17,342 bases of DNA from a bacterium (GTDB lineage: Bacteria; Hinthialibacterota; Hinthialibacteria; Hinthialibacterales; Hinthialibacteraceae), in the NCBI GenBank assembly GCA_041946805.1, contig JBHGBC010000127.1:1-17342 (forward strand). Reading direction: 5' to 3'. The translations under genes were made by a program, and so were the position numbers. Positions 7,900 to 15,636 of the stretch are shown here, piece by piece (positions within the stretch are counted from its first letter, which is position 1; the number at the start of each line of letters is the position of its first letter). The notes under the pieces were generated by a model. The model saw only the letters and a program-made list of their open reading frames with translations. It was not told the DNA's origin and searched no databases.

Positions 7900-8886
7900 G
7901 TGCCCGCGAACCTGACGCCCGAGTACTTCAACGCCGAAAAGGCTTACAAGGCGGCCCAGACCGAGGACGAAAAGCTGGCCTGCCTGCAGCACATGCTTGC
8001 GGTGATCCCCAAGCACAAGGGCACCGAGAAACTGCAGGCCGACCTCAAGCGGCGCATCGCCATGCTCAAGGACCGTCTGGAACGCCACGCCAAGAAGAAA
8101 GGCGTGTCCCACCGCGTAAAACCCGAAGGCGCGGGTCAGATCGTCCTCATCGGCCCCCCCAACAGCGGCAAATCCTCCCTCCTGGCCGCCCTCACGCACG
8201 CGGAGCCGGAAATCGGCGATTATCCCTTCACCACCCGCGAACCGATGCCGGGCATGGCTCCCTACAAGGACATCCATATCCAGCTGGTGGACCTCCCCCC
8301 CATCTCCCGCGAGCATTGCGAATCGTTCGTTTTCGACAACATCCGCGGGGCGCATGGCGCGCTGCTGGTGATCGATCCCGGCTCCACCGATCCCGTGGAC
8401 GACTACCAGATGACGGTGGAAATTCTGCGGGAGAAAAACATCCTCCTGATCCCGCCGGACGGGGAGATTCCGGACGCGAACGACGCGGTCGTGGCGGTCC
8501 GCGCGTTACTGCTGTTCAGCAAGAGGGACCTGGATCCCGAGGGCGAACTGACCGCCTTGACGCGGGAGCTGATCGATACCAATCTGCCCGTTCATCCGGT
8601 TTCCATCCATAACCGGCCCACGCTCGACGAATTGACCGCTACATTGTTCCACATGCTGCGCATTATCCGCGTATACACCAAGCAGCCGGGCAAGCCGCCG
8701 GATTTGGAAGCCCCCTTTACGGTCCCCATCGGCGCGACGGTGCTGGACCTGGCCGGAGTGATTCACAAGGATTTCGCGGAAGGCCTGAAATCGGCGCGGG
8801 TGTGGGGCAGCGCGAAATTCGACGGCCAGGTCGTGCAACGCGACCATGTTTTGCAAGATGGGGATATTGTCGAATTGACGATGTAG
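7900..8886 (+). CDS. DRG/Rbg1-like Obg-family GTPase with C-terminal TGS domain (328 aa)
   Basis: The N-terminus (M)PANLTPEY and PKHKGTEKLQADLK are DRG-type. G1 GPPNSGKSS, G2 YPFTT, G3 DLPP, G4 SKRD. The TGS end is RVYTK..IHKDF..ARVWG..HVLQDGDIVEL. GTG 7900 has GAGG upstream. Confidence 0.92.
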   Translation: MPANLTPEYFNAEKAYKAAQTEDEKLACLQHMLAVIPKHKGTEKLQADLKRRIAMLKDRLERHAKKKGVSHRVKPEGAGQIVLIGPPNSGKSSLLAALTHAEPEIGDYPFTTREPMPGMAPYKDIHIQLVDLPPISREHCESFVFDNIRGAHGALLVIDPGSTDPVDDYQMTVEILREKNILLIPPDGEIPDANDAVVAVRALLLFSKRDLDPEGELTALTRELIDTNLPVHPVSIHNRPTLDELTATLFHMLRIIRVYTKQPGKPPDLEAPFTVPIGATVLDLAGVIHKDFAEGLKSARVWGSAKFDGQVVQRDHVLQDGDIVELTM

Positions 8887-8961
8887 AGGGTGGTGATATA
8901 CAAATCCTCCGCACATTGACCCGGAAGGGGATCTATTTGCCGAAATGGGCTGCTGTTATAA

Positions 8962-9005
8962 GCGCCAACGGCGCGACAGAAGATAGCCCAGGGCAACACC
9001 CTGGG
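8962..9005 (+). repeat. Double-hairpin REP-like element (CCCAGGG..CCCTGGG type)
   Basis: A gcgcc-aac-ggcgc hairpin, 8 nt, then atagcccaggg-caaca-ccctggg. The layout is the same as 272-321 on the minus strand. Confidence 0.75.
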
Positions 9006-9028
9006 AAAATGGTGAAACAAGTCGTTTT

Positions 9029-9059
9029 GGTGGGTTTCGCTGCGCTCTACTCACTCTAC
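9029..9059 (-). repeat. Degenerate GTAG-family REP
   Basis: Minus strand GTAGAGTGAGTAGAGCGCAGCGAAACCCACC, clearly related to the copy at 9162-9194. Confidence 0.75.
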
Positions 9060-9106
9060 CTCTCTAAAGTTCCTCGGTGCTTTCCCTCCGCTACGGTATT
9101 CCGTTT

Positions 9107-9140
9107 CCCCTCACCCCGGCCCTCTCCCAAAGGGAGAGGG
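9107..9140 (+). repeat. BoxC-like repeat, copy 2
   Basis: cccctcaccccggccctctcccaaagggagaggg. Confidence 0.92.
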
Positions 9141-9161
9141 TAGAGAAGGAAGGTTATGGTT

Positions 9162-9194
9162 GGTGGGCTACGCTGCGCTTTGAGCCCACCCTAC
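9162..9194 (-). repeat. GTAG-family REP
   Basis: Minus strand GTAG-GGTGGGCT-CAAAGCGCAGCGT-AGCCCACC: a GTAG tetranucleotide followed by a perfect 8-bp stem. Confidence 0.88.
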
Positions 9195-9209
9195 GGTACT
9201 TACAGGATT

Positions 9210-9264
9210 AAAAATCCGGGGCGGACAGGAAGTATGGCTTCCCCTCCGCCCCGGATTGGTTTTT
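9210..9264. terminator. Probable bidirectional intrinsic terminator
   Basis: A 13-bp stem aatccggggcgga (9213-9225) / tccgccccggatt (9245-9257) with an inner ggaag/cttcc stem. An A-tract lies on the left and a T-tract on the right. It sits between convergent genes. Confidence 0.75.
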
Positions 9265-9281
9265 GTATCTACCGTATTGCC

Positions 9282-10820
9282 TTACTCGTTGTTGATCGTC
9301 ACGCCCGGCCAGTCGTCGGTGCGGAAGGGAGACGCCGGCAGGCCTTCCTTGTTGTAGAGATTGCAGTCCGGATTGTGTTTCCAGCCGTAACGCACCGCCA
9401 CGGGATCCTTCACCTCGTCACTCCAAACCACCACCGAGTCGCCTTCGATCCGCGCGCCCGCGGGCACGAATTTTTGATCGCTCCCCGCGATGGTGAAGCC
9501 CTTCAACGGCTCGTTATTCTTGGCCACCAGGCCGCTGCCCACGTGCTGGAAGCGAAGCCGGACGCGGCCGTCCTCGCGCGCCATCGAATCATACATCGGG
9601 CCGGAATAGACAATGTCCTGCCCATAGGCGATTTTCCGCGCCGCCAGGGCCAGCCGGTAGCCTACATCCTGCTTGTTGCGGGGATGGATATCCGTGGGAT
9701 GGCCGATGTCCGTGGTCACCGCCATCCCGGTGTTGGGCAGCGAGAGGGTCAGGGTCTGCGCCTCCCGCAACTCCGCCCACGGCTCTTCCTGTTCGCCCGC
9801 GATGAAGTTGGCCAGTTGCACGAACAGGAAGGGGAAATCGCCCTGGCCCCAGTGATTGCGCCAATCCTGGATCATGGCCGGGAAGAGGATCCGGTATTGA
9901 TACGCGCGCGAGGCGTTGGACTCGCCCTGGTACCAAATCGCGCCCTGGATGCCGTAGGGGATCAGGGGGGCGATCATGGCGTTGTACAAGCCGGCGGGAC
10001 GCCAGGGCTGGTTGCGGGGATCGCGCGGAAACTCGGGCGGCGTGGGCACCGGACGGCCCTCGGCCTCGGCCTGGTCGGCGTTCTTTTCCCATTCGATCAT
10101 TTTCTCCGCGTACGCCTCCAGCTGGCTGTCGAAGTCCGCGATCGACTTGTCCCAGCGTTCGACCATGCCCTTCAGTTTTTCGTTACCGAGCAGGGTTTCG
10201 CGCGTGGTCCACGACTCGGCGGGCGTCCCGCCCCAGGACGTGTGGATCAAGCCCACCGGTACGTTCAGGTTTTTGTGCAAATCCCGGCCGAAGAAATAGA
10301 GAACGGCCGAAAAACCAGGAACGGTTTGCGGCGTGCATACTTCCCACTTCGCGTTCACGTATTCCTGCGGCTTGCCCGCCACGATCCGCGGAACCGAGAA
10401 CAGCCGGATGTTGGGATAATCGGCGTTGGCGATTTCCTGTTCCGCATTGTTGCTGTTGGAAACCGTCCACTGCATGTTGGACTGGCCGCTGCCGATCCAG
10501 ACCTCGCCCACCAGGACGTTTTCGAAGACCAGATCGTTCTTGCCTTCGATGGTCATCGTGTAAGGGCCGCCCGCTTTCATCGGAGCCAACGTGACCATCC
10601 AATGGCCGTCCCGCGCCACGGTGGCCGCCCGTTGATCCCCCAGACTCACATTGACCATTTCACCATCGTCCGCGGTTCCCCAGACGGGAATGGATTTTCC
10701 TTGTTGCAAAACCATGCCTTCCGAAAAGAGCGCATTCGGCTTCACGTCCGCTTGCGGCGCAAGAACGGCAAAAACAAGCAATCCAACCGCCAGTCCGATC
10801 CATAGACCATTACGCATCAT
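9282..10820 (-). CDS. Secreted sialate O-acetylesterase family (SASA domain) carbohydrate esterase
   Basis: Signal peptide. Motifs LFSEGMVLQQ, GEVWIGSGQSNM, FSAVLYFFGR, SWGGTPAESW, LYNAMIAP, IWYQGESN, FVQLA, DIHPRNKQDVGYRLA, LPASPFRTD. SD GAGGGAG. Confidence 0.94.
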   Translation of the reverse strand: MMRNGLWIGLAVGLLVFAVLAPQADVKPNALFSEGMVLQQGKSIPVWGTADDGEMVNVSLGDQRAATVARDGHWMVTLAPMKAGGPYTMTIEGKNDLVFENVLVGEVWIGSGQSNMQWTVSNSNNAEQEIANADYPNIRLFSVPRIVAGKPQEYVNAKWEVCTPQTVPGFSAVLYFFGRDLHKNLNVPVGLIHTSWGGTPAESWTTRETLLGNEKLKGMVERWDKSIADFDSQLEAYAEKMIEWEKNADQAEAEGRPVPTPPEFPRDPRNQPWRPAGLYNAMIAPLIPYGIQGAIWYQGESNASRAYQYRILFPAMIQDWRNHWGQGDFPFLFVQLANFIAGEQEEPWAELREAQTLTLSLPNTGMAVTTDIGHPTDIHPRNKQDVGYRLALAARKIAYGQDIVYSGPMYDSMAREDGRVRLRFQHVGSGLVAKNNEPLKGFTIAGSDQKFVPAGARIEGDSVVVWSDEVKDPVAVRYGWKHNPDCNLYNKEGLPASPFRTDDWPGVTINNE

Positions 10821-10866
10821 TCGTTCTCCCTCTTTATTTAAAAATGGTGCTTCAACCCATTGGGTT

Positions 10867-11163
10867 TCATTCAGGATGGGGATTCTGTTCCCGGATCCGC
10901 CGCAGGACCTCGAAAATGGTTCCCATCCGGCCCGGCGCGGGCTGGGCGAACACGCGGCCGATTTCCTCCTCCGTGAAATTGTCCTGAAGGTAAGTCCGAA
11001 TATCGAGATGCTCGTTCCAGCAGCCCATCAAACGGGAGCAAGGCAATCCGCTGTTCATCGCCCGGCAGTACGAAAAGGGAACCGGGCCGCCCAGAATGGG
11101 GCAGCGCCAGTGTTCGCGGGCATCGAAACAGGTCAGAGTGGGCCGTTCGGGTTCATCCATCAT
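10867..11163 (-). CDS. Small Cys-rich hypothetical protein (98 aa), possible metal-binding
   Basis: SD AGGAG upstream. Motif RCPILGGPVPFSYCR..LPC....CW. It is co-oriented with, and 46 nt upstream of, the esterase. Confidence 0.8.
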   Translation of the reverse strand: MMDEPERPTLTCFDAREHWRCPILGGPVPFSYCRAMNSGLPCSRLMGCWNEHLDIRTYLQDNFTEEEIGRVFAQPAPGRMGTIFEVLRRIREQNPHPE

Positions 11164-11353
11164 GGGATCTCCTGCAGTTAACTGTACGGGTTGCCTGCGG
11201 CCGAATCAAGATCAGGTTGAGCGGAGGGAAATCCTTATCAGCCGGGTGCATTCAAGTTTTGAATAATTCTGGCTCATTCGGTAATTGCGTACTTTTATCA
11301 AGAAATCTGATCGGTAATCCCAATCGAACAAACTTAAGAAAACCACCCCGAAT

Positions 11354-11388
11354 CCCCTCTCCCTCTGGGAGGGGGCCAGGATGAGGGG
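11354..11388 (-). repeat. BoxC-like repeat, copy 3
   Basis: Plus strand cccctctccctctgggagggggccaggatgagggg (reverse orientation). Confidence 0.88.
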
Positions 11389-11397
11389 AAATCATTT

Positions 11398-11420
11398 GTG
11401 GTGCAGGCATCTGGCCTGCA
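11398..11420 (+). repeat. GTGG/GTAG-type REP-like hairpin
   Basis: GTGG followed by the perfect 7-bp stem TGCAGGC-atctg-GCCTGCA. Confidence 0.7.
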
Positions 11421-11462
11421 ATATTCCCTCCCCCCTCCGCGTCTCGGCGGCGCATCTTTTTT

Positions 11463-11537
11463 CCTCCCCCGAAGATTGGGGGAGGTTAGGAGAGGGTTGA
11501 ATATCACTTAAACTCGCTCAGATTTTCAACCCTGGGC
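11463..11537. repeat. BoxC-variant hairpin plus 13-bp inverted repeat
   Basis: cctccccc-gaagatt-gggggagg followed by ttaggagaggg. Then agggttgaatatc (11493-11505) / gattttcaaccct (11521-11533). ttcaaccctgggc (11525-11537) is identical to the end of the 272-321 element on the minus strand. Confidence 0.6.
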
Positions 11538-11561
11538 AACCTCTCCCCCCGAAATCCACCC

Positions 11562-11597
11562 CATCCTGGTCATCTTGTCCATCTTGACCATCCTGAT
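11562..11597 (+). repeat. 4 x 9-nt tandem repeat (CATCYTGNN)
   Basis: catcctggt catcttgtc catcttgac catcctgat. Confidence 0.85.
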
Positions 11598-11623
11598 TCA
11601 GACAATTCCCTCCCTTCTCTCCT

Positions 11624-11657
11624 CCCTCTCCCGGAGGGAGAGGGCCAGGGTAAGGGG
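11624..11657 (-). repeat. BoxC-like repeat, copy 4
   Basis: Plus strand ccctctcccggagggagagggccagggtaagggg. Confidence 0.9.
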
Positions 11658-11713
11658 AAAAACCTTGCTTCATAACTTCTACTCTCCGATTAACGTCCCA
11701 CCCCCCTTATCCT

Positions 11714-11751
11714 TCCTCCGTGTCCTCCGTGTTTCCTCCGTGCCCTCCGTG
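11714..11751 (+). repeat. 4 x 9-nt tandem repeat (YCCTCCGTG)
   Basis: tcctccgtg tcctccgtg tt tcctccgtg ccctccgtg. Confidence 0.85.
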
Positions 11752-11765
11752 ATTCAATCCGCTTA

Positions 11766-13196
11766 TCAATCACCATTCTTCTGAAGAGCCTCCCGCATGC
11801 GCTGCTTGTACCCTTCCACGCCGGTTTGGATGTAGGTGTCTTCGTCCTCGATCCGCCGCGCGCCGGTCAGGGGATCGATATGCAACGATTGCAGCCGCCC
11901 CTTCACCGCCACCATGTCCATCAACACTCGCATCAGCGCGAAGACCGCGCCCGCGTCCCGTTTCGGGAAATAGAGGGTGGCGTTGGGCACGGCGCGGCTG
12001 GTGAAATCCTGGGCCGTGCCGCGCAGGGAGGCGAGCTGCGCTTCCGCGAAGGTGATGCCCTTGAATATTTCCAGGCCGCCCTTCAGGGGCGCGTCGTCGG
12101 GAACCCGCATCGCGCCGCCGAAATCCCGGGGCGCCAGGAACAGCGCCGCCTTGTCACGGGGGCCGTTGACCACGCCATTGAGCAGCGAATGATTGCCGGT
12201 GGGGCCGGTGGCGGCCAGAACGTTCAATCCCCGGCCGCGCTCCTGTACGGATTCCGAATAGAGTTGGATGAACCAATCCCCCAGCCGGCGGTTGTCGAAA
12301 TAGGGATAGAACACGAATGCCGTTTTGCCGGTGAAAGCTTCCGCTTGGTGCAGAAACCGGGCGATCCGGTAAGTGGGATTCAGGGCGGGAGGAATCGTCA
12401 GAAAAGCCTCGTGCGCGGCCGCGTAGCCCGCGTAAGCATCCCGCAGCGTGGCCAGCGGATCCCGGGGCGCGGTCACGGCCAGGAGCAGCGCCCCCACGGG
12501 CGAGGCGAACGAAAACCGCCCGCCCACGCCGTCCGGCACCGGCAAGAGGCCCATGAACTTTCCCGCCCCATTCTTTTCCATCTGGTACAACAAACTCTTC
12601 TCATTTTTCCCGGTGGTGGCCACCGCGCGGCGCATCCAGTCCGGTCCCAGGGCTTCGGCGAGGACCATCCCGGCCAGAGCGGTTTCGGCGGTGGTCCCGC
12701 TTTTACTCACGATATTGACGCACGTAGCCTCGAGCAAATCCCGCCGCCGCAGCATGTCGAGCAAGGCGCGCAGGCGCAGGGGATCGAACGTGTCGCCGGT
12801 GAAATAAATTTCGGGTATTCCCTGAATCTTCCCGGCCGCCGCCAACTCGTTGTGATAGGGATGGTTGAGCAGATCGTGCAGCGTCCGCGCCCCGAGATCC
12901 GATCCTCCGATGCCGACGGTGACAAACGCTTTGAAGTTCGTCCGGATTCGGCCCGCGAGCTCCGCGAGGGCTTCCAAGGATACATAATCCGGATGCTCCC
13001 GGGGAACCTGATGGCACCAGGTCCAGGCGCGCAGGCGTTTGACCAGCTCGGTGTAACCTTCCTCCTCCTCCCGGCGGAATTCCGCCTGCAGGGATACCAG
13101 GGCTTCATCCAGCTGTTTCAACCAATCGGGGGGGCAGATTTCCTCCAGCAGGCGCGCGCCCGCGGCATCGAATACAAAACCATCCATGATCGGCAT
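11766..13196 (-). CDS. pgi: Glucose-6-phosphate isomerase (divergent, short type)
   Basis: Motifs VGIGGSDLG, IVSKSGTTAET, VGGRFS, QLYSES (catalytic Glu), TGNHS (His) and QTGVEGYK (Lys). Confidence 0.88.
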   Translation of the reverse strand: MPIMDGFVFDAAGARLLEEICPPDWLKQLDEALVSLQAEFRREEEEGYTELVKRLRAWTWCHQVPREHPDYVSLEALAELAGRIRTNFKAFVTVGIGGSDLGARTLHDLLNHPYHNELAAAGKIQGIPEIYFTGDTFDPLRLRALLDMLRRRDLLEATCVNIVSKSGTTAETALAGMVLAEALGPDWMRRAVATTGKNEKSLLYQMEKNGAGKFMGLLPVPDGVGGRFSFASPVGALLLAVTAPRDPLATLRDAYAGYAAAHEAFLTIPPALNPTYRIARFLHQAEAFTGKTAFVFYPYFDNRRLGDWFIQLYSESVQERGRGLNVLAATGPTGNHSLLNGVVNGPRDKAALFLAPRDFGGAMRVPDDAPLKGGLEIFKGITFAEAQLASLRGTAQDFTSRAVPNATLYFPKRDAGAVFALMRVLMDMVAVKGRLQSLHIDPLTGARRIEDEDTYIQTGVEGYKQRMREALQKNGD

Positions 13197-13354
13197 GGGA
13201 GTGGGTGTCCTTTCTGCGGGATGACTTGATCTTCATGAACCGATTTTTGATTCCCGCCGGCACGGTCCGGCGGGGACAAGAAAGGAGGATATCACCGCCA
13301 CGGGCCGGCGGGGAGACCCGGGGAGGGGAGGTGGAGGGTTCAAATCCCGATGGA

Positions 13355-13966
13355 TTAGATCCAATTGCTTCCCGTGGTCCGCGGCCCGCCCCGGTGTTCC
13401 CGGTACCACCGGGGGAGGTAGTTTCCCCCGGCGCGCAGGATGTCGCCCCAACTGTACAGCCCGTTGGAGGGATCATAAAACTCGAATTCGGGCGGATGCG
13501 AGGGATACGCCTGCGTGGGCTTGAAACTGTCCATCCCGTCCGGGCCCACGGATTCAATGTTGAACAGATTGTTGACGCCTTCCCGCGTCTCCCGGGACCG
13601 GTCCGGCAACCGGGTGCACATGAATTCATAGCGGGTGTCGTAATCGTTGGCCCGGTTTTGCACGTATTTGAGGCCGAAGGGATCCACCAGCGCCATAGGT
13701 AAATAAGCGATGGGCGTGGTGAGATACCGGTAGCCTTCGTAGTTGTCAGCGCTGGTGGCCTGGGTGGGCGGGTAAGAGCCGTAATCGATGAGATAGCTAT
13801 CGAACGCGTGTTCGAGCGTGCGCTGGTCGCTTTGCGCGCGGGCCACCTTGGCCCGGACCTGCGCCGCGAAGAAGTTGGGCAGGGCGATCGCCGCCAGGAT
13901 GGCGATGATGGCGACGACGATCAGCAACTCGATGAGGGTAAACGCGAAGCCGGAACTGGAGTTCAT
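13355..13966 (-). CDS. Prepilin-type N-terminal cleavage/methylation domain protein (type IV pilin/GspG-like, 203 aa)
   Basis: Class III signal A|FTLIELLIVVAIIAILAAIALPNF with Glu5, then AQVRAKVARAQSD..SYLIDYGSYP. I reassigned the start to ATG 13966, which has AAGGGA upstream. Confidence 0.92.
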   Translation of the reverse strand: MNSSSGFAFTLIELLIVVAIIAILAAIALPNFFAAQVRAKVARAQSDQRTLEHAFDSYLIDYGSYPPTQATSADNYEGYRYLTTPIAYLPMALVDPFGLKYVQNRANDYDTRYEFMCTRLPDRSRETREGVNNLFNIESVGPDGMDSFKPTQAYPSHPPEFEFYDPSNGLYSWGDILRAGGNYLPRWYREHRGGPRTTGSNWI

Positions 13967-14098
13967 GGGCGGTTTCCCTTCACCGGTCCGGCCCGGCGGG
14001 CGCGATAGCCGCGCGAAGGATTCAATCCACCGGATTCCGGAATCGCAACTGTTTACTCGATTAGAAAGATAAGGATACAACACGCCCTTTCAGGATTT

Positions 14099-14131
14099 CC
14101 CTCACCCTGACCCTCTCCCAGAGGGAGAGGG
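14099..14131 (+). repeat. BoxC-like repeat, copy 5
   Basis: ccctcaccctgaccctctcccagagggagaggg. Confidence 0.92.
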
Positions 14132-14243
14132 AATGGATTAGCGCTCCCATCCATACGCATACCACGAATCAAGCACGAAGAAAGTTCTGCATTCGGGGAA
14201 ATAGTGACCCGGAATCTATGTGACACCATCCTACCAAAAAAGA

Positions 14244-15563
14244 TCATCCCAGTACAAACCGGAGGATGAACACGGCGGTGATGAGCCACATGAAAGGGCG
14301 TACATCGCGAAAGCGGCCCGTCAGCAGCTTCAGTGTGGTGTAGCTGATGAATCCGAACGCGATTCCGTCCGTGATCGAGAAACTGAAACCGATCAGGACG
14401 ATGGTGAAAAAGGCGGGCATGCTTTCAGTGTAATTCTCCCACGGGATATGCTTCACCCCACGCATCATCATGAAACCCACCATGATCAGCGCGGGCGCGA
14501 TGATGGGATACACCAGGTTGCCGGCCGGGGTGGGAATGCCCTTGCCCAGCATCTCCACCAAGGGGTAAAAGATCAGGGATAGCAAGAACAAGAGGCCCGT
14601 TACCACGCTGGCCAGGCCGGTGCGCGCCCCGTCGGCGATGCCGGAGCACGATTCGACGTAACTGGTGACCGTCGAGGTCCCCAGCGCGGCCCCCGCCGCC
14701 GTGCCGAGGGCGTCGGCCAGAAAGGCCTGGCGGGCGCGCGGCAGCTCGCCGTTCCGCATGAATCCCCCCAGTTCCGCCACACCCACCAGCGTGCCCATGG
14801 TGTCGAACAAATCGAGGATGAAGAACGTGAAGATCACCGTGGCCAGTCCCAGTTTGAGGGCGGCCAGAGGCTGGAAGGCCAGCCACACGGGGGCCAGCGA
14901 AGGCGGAGCGGAAATCACTCCCTGATATGTCACCAGGTCCAGCCAGGCGGCGGCCGCCGCCGAGACGCCGATGCCGAACAGGATCGCGCCCCGCACGTTC
15001 AGGCACATCAGCACCATGGACGCCGTCAGGCCCAGGCCGGAAACCCACACGTACGGCCGGCTCATCTGGCCGATCCGCACCAGGGTGACATCGTCGTTCA
15101 CCACCACGCCGGCCCATTGAAAACCCAACAGGCAGATCATCAGGCCGATGCCCACCGCGATCCCGAACTTGAGCGATTCGGGAACGCTGTCCATGATCAC
15201 CTTGCGGACTCCGAAAATGCTGAAGAGGATGAAGAGCACGCCCGAAACGAACACCGCGCCCAGCGCCGTCGGCCAGGGAATGTTCATCCCCACGCAGACC
15301 GTGTAGGCGAAGAAAACGTTATGCCCCATTGCCGGGGCGATGGCGATGGGATAATTGGCCAGGAAAGCCATCAAAAACGTAGCCAAGGCCGATGACAGGC
15401 AGGTCGCGGTCATCACCGCCCCACGGTCCATCCCGGCGCCGCTCAAGATCACCGGCTGAACGAAGATGATGTAGGACATGGTCAGGAAGGTGGTAAATCC
15501 CCCAATCACCTCCCGCCGCGCCGTGGTTTGATTTTCCGATAACCGAAAGAGTCTCTCGAACAC
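14244..15563 (-). CDS. NCS2/AzgA-family purine permease (PbuG/AdeP-like, guanine/hypoxanthine/adenine)
   Basis: Motifs EVIGGFTTFLTMSYIIFVQP, NYPIAIAPAMGHN, DLFDTMGTL, GTSTVTSYVES, GARTGL, APALIMVG and FSITDGIAFGFISY, with many TM helices. GTG start. Confidence 0.95.
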   Translation of the reverse strand: MFERLFRLSENQTTARREVIGGFTTFLTMSYIIFVQPVILSGAGMDRGAVMTATCLSSALATFLMAFLANYPIAIAPAMGHNVFFAYTVCVGMNIPWPTALGAVFVSGVLFILFSIFGVRKVIMDSVPESLKFGIAVGIGLMICLLGFQWAGVVVNDDVTLVRIGQMSRPYVWVSGLGLTASMVLMCLNVRGAILFGIGVSAAAAAWLDLVTYQGVISAPPSLAPVWLAFQPLAALKLGLATVIFTFFILDLFDTMGTLVGVAELGGFMRNGELPRARQAFLADALGTAAGAALGTSTVTSYVESCSGIADGARTGLASVVTGLLFLLSLIFYPLVEMLGKGIPTPAGNLVYPIIAPALIMVGFMMMRGVKHIPWENYTESMPAFFTIVLIGFSFSITDGIAFGFISYTTLKLLTGRFRDVRPFMWLITAVFILRFVLG

Positions 15564-15636
15564 AGGCCCCCCGCCTTTCCCTCGTTTCCCGTGAAACCGG
15601 TATTCAGACGCGCCGCCCGCGCGGACCGCCCCCGCC

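Noticed and set aside
9156..10805. 549-aa plus-strand ORF
   Set aside because: It is antisense to the sialate O-acetylesterase and starts inside a REP.
11354..11751. CRISPR array
   Set aside because: The units are heterogeneous, spacing is irregular, and there are no cas genes.
11826..13229. 467-aa plus-strand ORF
   Set aside because: It is the antisense shadow of pgi.
13301..13345. G-rich tract as another BoxC-variant copy
   Set aside because: It has only loose similarity to 11478-11502 and no matching stem, so it cannot be supported.
15564..15636. Purine riboswitch upstream of the NCS2 permease
   Set aside because: The gap is only 73 nt and lacks the conserved purine-riboswitch core nucleotides.
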